Notes: generated by a model from the sequence alone, not told the origin. Shown: positions 1-7,207, counted from the stretch's first letter. The stretch is 16,690 nucleotides of DNA from an uncultured Acidobacteriota bacterium (GCA_963713825.1 CAVQNG010000016.1:1-16690); one strand, 5' to 3'. Numbers and translations are program-made.

Positions 1-44
1 CTCAGCATGGTCGGATTCTGTGCCATAGGAGATCACCTCAGACG

Positions 45-70
45 GAAGGGTTGTCACGTTTGTGTCCGTG
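45..70 (+). promoter_or_regulatory. Putative ECF sigma promoter, copy 1 (GAAG-N13-GTGTCCGTG)
   Basis: GAAG at 45-48 and GTGTCCGTG at 62-70. The same 9-mer with an upstream GAAR recurs at 3347-3371 and 7120-7144. Spacing from GAAR to CGT is 17-18 nt, as in ECF promoters. It lies about 30 nt upstream of the riboswitch. Confidence 0.5.
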
Positions 71-99
71 GAGCTACTCATAGACAGGAAGAAGACGCG

Positions 100-210
100 C
101 CTCGACAAAGGCACACCTGGAAAACCCAGGGCCGCAAAGCCACGGGTCCTCGTCTCCTACGTGACGGACGCCCGCCACGAAGGACCCCAAGACCGCCGGG
201 CCGCCGAAGG
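100..210 (+). ncRNA. c-di-GMP-I (GEMM) riboswitch, copy 1
   Basis: CGACAAAGGCACACCTGG-AAAAC-CCAGGGCCGCAAAGCCACGGGTC...GACCGCCGGGCCGCCGA matches the GEMM-I consensus. P1 is CCUCG (100-104) with CGA(A)GG (205-210). Equivalents of G20, A47 and C92 are at 110, 136 and 204. It sits in the 5' UTR of the gene at 258. Confidence 0.82.
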
Positions 211-257
211 GTGAAAGGGAAACTCTGTTTCTGAAAAGGCATGAGGAGAACGGTGCG

Positions 258-2172
258 ATGAAGAAGCTGAAGAACGAGCTCGCGGTTATGACGGCGATGA
301 TCCTGTTGAGTGGCTCGACCCTTCTGGGCGCCGAGGGTCCCTGGGAGCCGACTGGCCTCCAGGGCAACCACATTTGGGCACTCGAGACCAGCTCCACCGG
401 GGTGATGTTGGCGGGTTCTGCCCTTGCGCCCAGCAACAAGATCTTTCGCAGTCCCGATTACGGCCTCACTTGGACCGAAGCCACTGGACTGCCCGGGTCT
501 GAGATCTGGGGTATCGAGTTCGATCCGTCGAACGAATCGATCGCCTATGCCGCGCTGAACGGCGCCGGTGTGTACAAGAGCCTGGACGGCGGCGCGAGCT
601 GGTCCTGGTCGAACCTCAACGGGCAGATCTGGAGATTGCCGTCTCGCCAACTCATCCCAACGTCCTGTACGTCGCGAGCCAGACGGGAGGCGTGTACAAG
701 AGTGAAGATGCCGGCGATACTTGGCTCCTTCAGGATCTTGGTACGGCCGACAACGCCACTGCGATTGCCGTGCACCCGACAAATCCCGATACAGCCTTGG
801 CCGGCACGCCGTTTGAGGGAGTCTTCAAAACGACCAATGGCGGGTTGACCTGGTTCGAGGTCAACTCCGGGCTCGAGCTCAACTCCCTCCAGATCGCGGA
901 CATCAGGAGTCTTCTCATTGATCCGTTGAATCCGATGACAGTTTACGCCGGGGAATTCTGGAACGGCGTCTTCAAAAGTCTGGATGGCGGCATTACCTGG
1001 TTCAAGCCTGACCCGAGCCTCTTTGCGACGGTCCTTTCGATCGAGTTGTCAGGCTTCGATCTTTACATCATCAATACCTTTGACGATGACGGCAATCCCG
1101 CCTATCGCAGTAGCGATGCCGGAGTCACCTGGGAACCGCTACCCAGACAGCCAGAGCTCCCCGGGAGAATCTGGCCCCGATCTCTGTCGGTGATTCCGGG
1201 TGCAGTGCTCATCGGCACCGATCCTTCTCCGAATGAAGGCGGCATCTACAGTTGGCAGCTGGGTGACTCCGATGTCGACGGTGTACTGGACGATATCGAC
1301 AACTGCCCGGACACACCCAATCCGGCCAAATCGACTCAGACGGTGACACCCAAGGCGATCTCTGCGATGCCTGTCCAGGGGATCCCGCACAGCTGTGTAA
1401 TCCAGGGGGATCCACGGCCGCCGAGATTCCAGCGGATGAAGGGGGTTCGCTCCAGACGCCGGATGGCGCCGTGACGCTCGACATCGACCCCGGCGATCTC
1501 ACCGAGGACAGCACCTTATCGATCACGGAGGTGACCCCGACCGATCCGACAGCGGATCTGGTCCTGGATGACGGCAACGCCAGCGGCCAGCCACTGGCCA
1601 CCTATGTTTTTGAACCGGATGGTCTCGAATTCAGCGGCCCGGTCACTCTCGAAGTCATAGCCGACGTCTCGAATCTGAACCGTGGTCAGAGAGCGCGAAT
1701 CGATCTCTATCTGTACTCGGATACCGAAGGGGACGGAGTCGAGGACAGCTACGTCAGCCTGGGCGCAACCTGTACGGTGGTCGAGGCCCCGTCCGAAACC
1801 TTCACAGCCACGTGCACCGCCGAACTCGTCCACCTGTCGGTCTATTCGCTGATCGCCCCACTCGATAGCGACGGTGACGAGGTACCAGATCAGTTCGGTT
1901 CCGTGACGGACTTCTGTCCAGGAACCGCAATTCCAGAAGGGGTACCGCTGGTCTATTTGGGTGTCAATCGATTTGCACTGGTCGATGCAGACGCGGTGTT
2001 TGACACGACAGCCCCCCCCGGGGCTAGACAGTCCTTTACCTATTCGACTGATGACACTGCCGGTTGCTCGTGCGAGCAGATCATCGATGTTCTCGAGTTA
2101 GGCATCGGGCAGTGGCGATTCGGATGTAGCAACGGCGTCATGAAGGAATGGCTGACCGAGTTGAGCGAGTAG
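258..2172 (+). CDS. Secreted multidomain protein: Asp-box/BNR beta-propeller, thrombospondin type-3 Ca-binding repeats, ZU5/GPS-like domain and Cys-containing C-terminal module; about 638 aa once two 1-nt deletions are corrected
   Basis: RBS GAGGAG and signal peptide MKKLKNELAVMTAMILLSGSTLLGA. Six Asp-boxes (SPDYGLTW, SLDGGASW, SEDAGDTW, TTNGGLTW, SLDGGITW, SSDAGVTW). TSP3-like DSDVDGVLDDIDNCP and DSDGDTQGDLCDACP. ORFs 258-848, 692-1474 and 1471-2172 join by adding one G at ~631 (W-EIAVSPTHPNVLYV) and one C at ~1327 (PA-QIDSDGD). Confidence 0.82.
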
Positions 2173-2199
2173 CAGGCCCATTCGCGGCCACCTAAACTG

Positions 2200-2230
2200 A
2201 GGCCGGGCCTCGCGCCCGGCCTTTTCTTCT
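2200..2230 (+). terminator. Intrinsic terminator
   Basis: 9-bp stem AGGCCGGGC/GCCCGGCCT with loop CTCGC, followed by TTTCTTCT, about 28 nt after the stop at 2172. Confidence 0.85.
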
Positions 2231-2396
2231 CGAGACGCACTACGGGACACCGCCGTTGGATGCAGGCAACCCTGCTACCCATAGCAGAGGCCTCCGACTC
2301 ATAGCCTTTCGTCTATCTTTCCTACCCCTCAAGATAGGAGTACGACTACCTCTCCGGGTGTGTCGGTTTTGTCGGATCTCTGCTAACACAGCCTTA

Positions 2397-2482
2397 CGGA
2401 GAGAAAGGCAAACCTGCCGAAAGGCACGGGCGCAAAGCCACGGGTCCTCGTCTGAGCATCCACAGGATCGCCGGGCTGCCGC
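2397..2482 (+). ncRNA. c-di-GMP-I (GEMM) riboswitch, copy 2
   Basis: GAGAAAGGCAAACCTGCC-GAAA-GGCACGGGCGCAAAGCCACGGGTCCT...AGGATCGCCGGGCTGCCG. It has a GNRA tetraloop on P2, the GCAAAGCC junction, P3 GUCCU/AGGAU, a G20-equivalent at 2407 and a C92-equivalent at 2479. It is directly upstream of the sigma gene. Confidence 0.92.
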
Positions 2483-2507
2483 GAGCGTCGCAGACTGATG
2501 GAGCCGA

Positions 2508-3383
2508 GTGGCTCCAGAGAGGTTAGGGGAGCGTCCGCGCATGGGTGTGACCTCGAGGCTCATCGACTGGGTTCCGGGCCTTCCGGCCAGGGAGGTAGAG
2601 GAGGCGTGGGATCAATTCCTCAGTGAGTATGCGGCGGTCATTCTCCAGGTCGTTCACCTGTTCGAGCGAGATCAGGACCGGGTCGACGATTGCTTCCTCT
2701 TCGTCTGTGAGCAGCTGAAGAGAGATCGCCTCAGGAGACTCCGTCGATTCAGGGCCGACGGCGCAGCGTCGTTTCCAACCTGGCTGCGCGCAGTTGTCCG
2801 CAACCTCTGCCTCGATTGGCGCCGCAAGCGATTCGGGCGCCCCCGGATCTTTCGCTCGATTGCATCTCTGCCGGAGGTGGATCAGGAAGTCTTTCGTTGC
2901 ATCTACTTCCGCAAGCTCAGTGAGAACGAGACGCTTCATACCGTCAAGGTGACCCACCCAACGCTAGACCGAGAAGGTCTGGGCGCCAGCCTGACTCGAA
3001 TTCGAGAAAGCCTCAGCCCTAGACAGTCGTGGCTCCTGGTCTCACGGAATCCCTACTTGGTGTCGCTCTCCGCTGAGGGCGGCTCCGGAAGTGGTGCCAA
3101 CCGAGAAAGAGAACTGACGGACCCCCAGGGGGATCCAGAGAGCGAGGCAGCCAAGCGTGAGTTCCTGGACGCCCTGCACGAGGCCATGGCCGGCATCTCG
3201 CCGCGCGAACGACTTCTTTTGCGGCTCCGATTCGAGCAGGATTTGTCCCTCGAGGAGATTTCCACTCTGATGCAACTCGGGACTCCTCTCAAGGCGCAGA
3301 GGAGCATCCAGAGGGCGCTGTCAAGGATCCGGGAGGATCTGCAGATGAAAGGAATCTCGTCCGTGTCCGTGAAAGAACCATAG
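2508..3383 (+). CDS. ECF-type sigma-70 factor with a long central insertion (alternative start ATG 2541)
   Basis: Region 2 ASFPTWLRAVVRNLCLDWRRK and region 4 LHEAMAGISPRERLLLRLRFEQDLSLEEISTLM...IQRALSRIRE. It is followed by a zf-HC2 anti-sigma gene. Confidence 0.9.
   Translation: MAPERLGERPRMGVTSRLIDWVPGLPAREVEEAWDQFLSEYAAVILQVVHLFERDQDRVDDCFLFVCEQLKRDRLRRLRRFRADGAASFPTWLRAVVRNLCLDWRRKRFGRPRIFRSIASLPEVDQEVFRCIYFRKLSENETLHTVKVTHPTLDREGLGASLTRIRESLSPRQSWLLVSRNPYLVSLSAEGGSGSGANRERELTDPQGDPESEAAKREFLDALHEAMAGISPRERLLLRLRFEQDLSLEEISTLMQLGTPLKAQRSIQRALSRIREDLQMKGISSVSVKEP
3347..3371 (+). promoter_or_regulatory. Putative ECF sigma promoter, copy 2, inside the 3' end of the sigma gene
   Basis: TGAAAG at 3346-3351 and GTGTCCGTG at 3363-3371, positioned to transcribe the anti-sigma and CHAT genes. 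Confidence 0.45.
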
Positions 3384-3416
3384 CCAGGTGGGGATAACCT
3401 GGATTTGGTACCTGAA

Positions 3417-4133
3417 ATGATTGACGAGTCCGAAATCGCGCGACAAATTCCCTTGGTGGCTGACTCAGCTGCCAAGCGAACTCTTCGTTGCCCACCCTCG
3501 ACGCAGCTTGCGGCCTACGTCGACGCCAGACTTGGTGAGAACCCAAGGTCCGAGGTGGAGGAGCACCTGGCTGACTGCGCTTTCTGTCTAGGTCAGATTG
3601 GGTTCCTGGTTCGCGATTCGCGAGCCCCGGCGGCCGTACCGTTGCCGGCCGATCTACTCAGTGCGGCGCGCGAAAGGCCGAACAGGCGATTCGGTCTGGT
3701 GCCGGTGCCTGCTCTGACTGCGTTGGCAGCGACTGCTCTTCTGTTAGTTGTCTCTGTGCGCTGGCAACCAGAGAGTGGCTTCCGCCCGGTGCAGTCCAGC
3801 ATCGACGAGGTGGCAGATCGTACGGTCCGCAACGGTGCCGTCACCGCGTCCCCTCCTCGAGTCGTATTGCCTGTTGATGGAGAAATCGTCGCCAGACCTC
3901 CTGTGGAAGTGCGCTGGTCGGCCTCACCAGGGGCGCTGCAGTATGCAGTCCAGGTGTTGAGCCTCGAGGGGGATCTGGTTTGGGAGGACCTCACCGGTGG
4001 GGAAGGGGCTCTGATTCCGTCGGAAGTGCAGCTCGAGCCCGGGCAGAAGTACTACGTCTGGGTCGAGGCACAGCTTCGGAACGGTGGAACCGCGAGGTCT
4101 GGTGCAGTGGCCTTTCGTGTGGCTCCCGAGTGA
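3417..4133 (+). CDS. Membrane-anchored zinc-binding anti-sigma factor (zf-HC2/ZAS) with an extracytoplasmic beta-sandwich domain (alternative start TTG 3405)
   Basis: C-x24-HLADCAFC ZAS motif, hydrophobic segment LVPVPALTALAATALLLVVSV, and a C-terminal FN3/Ig-like pattern (VRWS..PGALQYAVQV...LEPGQKYYVWVEA). It is adjacent to the ECF sigma gene. Confidence 0.88.
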   Translation: MIDESEIARQIPLVADSAAKRTLRCPPSTQLAAYVDARLGENPRSEVEEHLADCAFCLGQIGFLVRDSRAPAAVPLPADLLSAARERPNRRFGLVPVPALTALAATALLLVVSVRWQPESGFRPVQSSIDEVADRTVRNGAVTASPPRVVLPVDGEIVARPPVEVRWSASPGALQYAVQVLSLEGDLVWEDLTGGEGALIPSEVQLEPGQKYYVWVEAQLRNGGTARSGAVAFRVAPE

Positions 4134-4160
4134 AGGGAGCCACGTTCGATCGGGGAAACT

Positions 4161-7109
4161 ATGTATCCCCAGTCCGCTTGTTGGATCTGCTTGATTTCTA
4201 TGGCGCTGATCCTGGCGCCGGGTACCTCCCTTAGCGCACAGTCGAGCCCGGCTGAAGAGCTGCTGGCGCAGGCGCGAGAGCTCTATGTCGAGGAGGGGCC
4301 AGCGCCGGCTCTGCCAGTGTACGAGCGGGCCCTATCCCACTACCGCGCAGATGAGAACCGCCTGGGCGAAGCGATCACTCTCGGGTTGATTGGCAACTGC
4401 TACAAGCGCTTGGGGGACTACGACCGATCCGGTGAGCTACTGGAGCAGGCGCTGGCCATGAAGCGGGAGCTTGGGGATCGGCTGGAGGAGGGCAAGACGC
4501 TCAGCCATCTCGGTCTTCTCTCATGGGAGAAGGCTGACTACCAAGAGGCGATCCAGTATTTCGAAGATGCGATCGCCATCGGAAAGGATCTCGGAGACGC
4601 AAGGCTCGAAGGATCGGCTCTCAACAATCTGAGCCTGGTCTATGACGAGCTGGGTGACTACGAGCGTAGCCTGCAGCAATACGACGAGGTACTGGAGCTC
4701 TATCGCCGCACGGACTTTCCGCGGGGAGAAAGCGACACCCTGGGCAACATCGGCGGGGTCTATCTCCTCCTGGGGCGCTACCGGGAGGCCATGGGCTTCT
4801 ACGAGCAGGCCCTGGCGATTAGCGAGCGGCTCGAGTCGAAGCCTTCCATCAGCCAGGACCTCGGCAACCTCGCCCTTTGTCATCTCGGCCTGGGTGAGAT
4901 CTCGGAAGCCCTGGAGCGATTCGACCAGGCCCTCCTGCTGGCCCGTGAGGCCGGGCTCGACAAGGAGACCGCGGACTGGCTCAAGGGCAAGGGCGACGTC
5001 TATCACGACATCGGGCGTCACAGTGAGGGCTTGGAGCTCTACCGTCAGGCGTTGGAAGCCTACGAGTCCGCCGGACTGAAGCGGGAGCTGGTCGAAGCCC
5101 TCAACGAGCTGGCGACGATCCACTTGCGCCTGGGCGACCTGGCCTCGGCCGAGGCGTACCAACGACGATCGCTCGAGCTGGCACGCTCCATCGAATTCAC
5201 GCGAGGAGCCGTGGCGAGTCTGATCTCGCTGGGCGAGTTGGAATGGCGCCGCGAGCGCTACGAGGAGGCCGCGGCCTTCCTCCGAGAGGCTCTCGCCGAG
5301 GCCCTGGAGCTCGAAGATCCGAACCTCGCCTCCTCCTGCAGAACGCAACTCGTGCTCACCCTGCGGGATCAGGGGAAGCTGGAGGAGGCGCTCGAGCTCG
5401 CCGCGTCGGGGGCCGAGGTCGCTCGGGGGCTCGAATCGAAGTTGCACGCGGCTGAAGCGCTTTATGGGCTCGGCGACCTCGAGCTGCGGAGCGGCGAACC
5501 GAGCCGGGCGCTGGAGCATTTCCAGGAGGGCTCGGGTCTGCTCGCAGGCCTGGGGGAGCCGGAGATCGCCTGGCAGCTGGTCCACGGTCGGGGAAGGGCC
5601 TTGGAGGCATTGGGTCGGGACGAGGAGGCTGTCGCCGCCTACCGTGAAGCCGTCCAACTCATCGAGACTGTCCGCGAGCGGCTGCGTGAGGAGCGCTTCC
5701 GGTCTGGGTATGTGGAGGACAAGTACCAAGCGTATGTCGATCTGTCTCGACTGCTCCTTCGACTGGATCGGCCCGACGAAGCCTTCGCCTATGCCGAGAA
5801 GCTCAGGGCTCGCAGCTACCTCGACCTCCTCTCCAAGGCACCGATGCCCACTCTCACACCGGAGCAGAAGCGTCGAGAACAGGAGCTTCGCCAGCGCATT
5901 CGCGGGTTGCAACGGAGTCTCGGTGAAGAGGCCGAATCCGAATTCGAGCCCCGACTCCGGGCGATGGAGGCCTTCGCCGCCGAGCTGCAGCAGGCCGAGC
6001 GAGAGTACGAGGACTTCGTCTCCGACTTGAGGAGTGTCGACCCGGATCTGGCGGCCACCTGGTCGTTGTCGGTGCCCGCAGCGGCGGCGATTCGCCAGGC
6101 GTTGCCGGCAGAGACAGCCCTGGTGGAGTTCGTGGCTGGCGGGGAGCAGGTGCTGGTATTCGTGCTCCGCTCCGATCGGCTCGAAACCCTGGTCGCGCCG
6201 CTGAGCCGGAAGGACCTCCAAGCCAAGGTCGAGCTGACGCGACAGTTGATCCAGAGGCGCGGAAGCACCGACTGGAGGTACCCGGCTGCCAGTCTCGCCT
6301 CGGCGCTGATCGAGCCCCTCGAAGCCGAGGGGTGGTTAGAGGGGGTCCGCAGCCTCTACTTGGTACCTCACGACAGTCTGCATTATCTGCCCTTCGCGGT
6401 GTTGCCACGGGGCGACGGGGGGCGGCTGCTCGTCCAGGACTACCGGCTCGCCTACCTGCCCGCGGCGGGAACGCTGGTGCTCGGAAGAGAGGGCGGTCGA
6501 GGCGAGAAGGACCTTCTGGCCCTGGCGCCCAAGAGCAGTCGTCTTCGCCATACCGAGACCGAGGTGCGAGCCGTAGCCGAGGCCTTTCCGGAGAGCCACA
6601 GGGTGCTGGTCGGAGAGCAGGCCACCGAGCGCTCCTTCAAGATTCTCTCCAGGGACTTCAGGGTCTTGCATCTGGCCACCCACAGCATCTGGAATCGAAT
6701 GAATCCGCTGCTCTCCGCGCTGCAACTGGAGGCAGGCGAAGGCGAAGACGGCCGGCTCGAAGTGAACGAGATCCTGGATCTGTCGCTGGGCGCCGATCTG
6801 GTGACCCTGAGTGCCTGCGAGACCGCCCTGGGCAGTGGCTACTTCGGACAGACGCCCGTCGGTGACGATTTCGTCGGTCTGACCCGAGCCTTCCTGCATG
6901 CGGGGAGCCGCACCGTGCTGGCCAGCCTGTGGGAGGTCGATGACCGCTCGACGCTGGAGCTCATGCAGAGCTTCTATCAATACCGGGATTCTCAGGGCCC
7001 GGCACGAGCGCTGGCCGAGGTCCAGCGCTCGAGGCTCGAGGGCTCGGCCTCGGCCTCGGCAGACCCCTACCAGTGGGCCGCTTTCGTCGTCGTGGGGCCG
7101 TCGCCATGA
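4161..7109 (+). CDS. TPR-CHAT domain protein (caspase-like clan CD protease), probably exported
   Basis: Hydrophobic N-terminus ending TSLSA-Q, many ~40-aa TPR-like repeats (ALNNLSLVYDELGDY, TLGNIGGVYLLLGRY), AEKLRARSYLDLL, LVPHDSLHYLPFAVL, catalytic HLATHS (His 6681) and LVTLSACET (Cys 6816), ASLWEVDD and DPYQWAAF. Confidence 0.95.
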   Translation: MYPQSACWICLISMALILAPGTSLSAQSSPAEELLAQARELYVEEGPAPALPVYERALSHYRADENRLGEAITLGLIGNCYKRLGDYDRSGELLEQALAMKRELGDRLEEGKTLSHLGLLSWEKADYQEAIQYFEDAIAIGKDLGDARLEGSALNNLSLVYDELGDYERSLQQYDEVLELYRRTDFPRGESDTLGNIGGVYLLLGRYREAMGFYEQALAISERLESKPSISQDLGNLALCHLGLGEISEALERFDQALLLAREAGLDKETADWLKGKGDVYHDIGRHSEGLELYRQALEAYESAGLKRELVEALNELATIHLRLGDLASAEAYQRRSLELARSIEFTRGAVASLISLGELEWRRERYEEAAAFLREALAEALELEDPNLASSCRTQLVLTLRDQGKLEEALELAASGAEVARGLESKLHAAEALYGLGDLELRSGEPSRALEHFQEGSGLLAGLGEPEIAWQLVHGRGRALEALGRDEEAVAAYREAVQLIETVRERLREERFRSGYVEDKYQAYVDLSRLLLRLDRPDEAFAYAEKLRARSYLDLLSKAPMPTLTPEQKRREQELRQRIRGLQRSLGEEAESEFEPRLRAMEAFAAELQQAEREYEDFVSDLRSVDPDLAATWSLSVPAAAAIRQALPAETALVEFVAGGEQVLVFVLRSDRLETLVAPLSRKDLQAKVELTRQLIQRRGSTDWRYPAASLASALIEPLEAEGWLEGVRSLYLVPHDSLHYLPFAVLPRGDGGRLLVQDYRLAYLPAAGTLVLGREGGRGEKDLLALAPKSSRLRHTETEVRAVAEAFPESHRVLVGEQATERSFKILSRDFRVLHLATHSIWNRMNPLLSALQLEAGEGEDGRLEVNEILDLSLGADLVTLSACETALGSGYFGQTPVGDDFVGLTRAFLHAGSRTVLASLWEVDDRSTLELMQSFYQYRDSQGPARALAEVQRSRLEGSASASADPYQWAAFVVVGPSP

Positions 7110-7119
7110 GAGCAGAAAT

Positions 7120-7144
7120 GAAGATCCGGTGGCGCGTGTCCGTG
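7120..7144 (+). promoter_or_regulatory. Putative ECF sigma promoter, copy 3
   Basis: TGAAGA at 7119-7124 and GTGTCCGTG at 7136-7144, followed by TACTCA as in copy 1. It is intergenic, 63 nt before ATG 7208. Confidence 0.5.
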
Positions 7145-7207
7145 CAAGGTACTCAGGAAGTCGAAATTCCATCCAGAGAGGAACGCTGATCCGAAGGAGG
7201 TCACGAC

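Noticed and set aside
620-1335. Programmed frameshifting or three separate genes at 258-2172
   Set aside because: There are no slippery heptamers. Adding one base to a GG and to a CC run restores continuous repeat motifs, which is typical of sequencing error.
100-2482. c-AMP-GMP-specific (GEMM-Ib) riboswitch variant
   Set aside because: Both aptamers have G rather than A at the G20-equivalent position (110 and 2407).
4161-7109. Type III-E CRISPR-associated Csx29/Craspase locus
   Set aside because: There is no cas7-11, csx30/csx31 or repeat-spacer array in the window, and the protein appears exported. The similarity is only an analogy.
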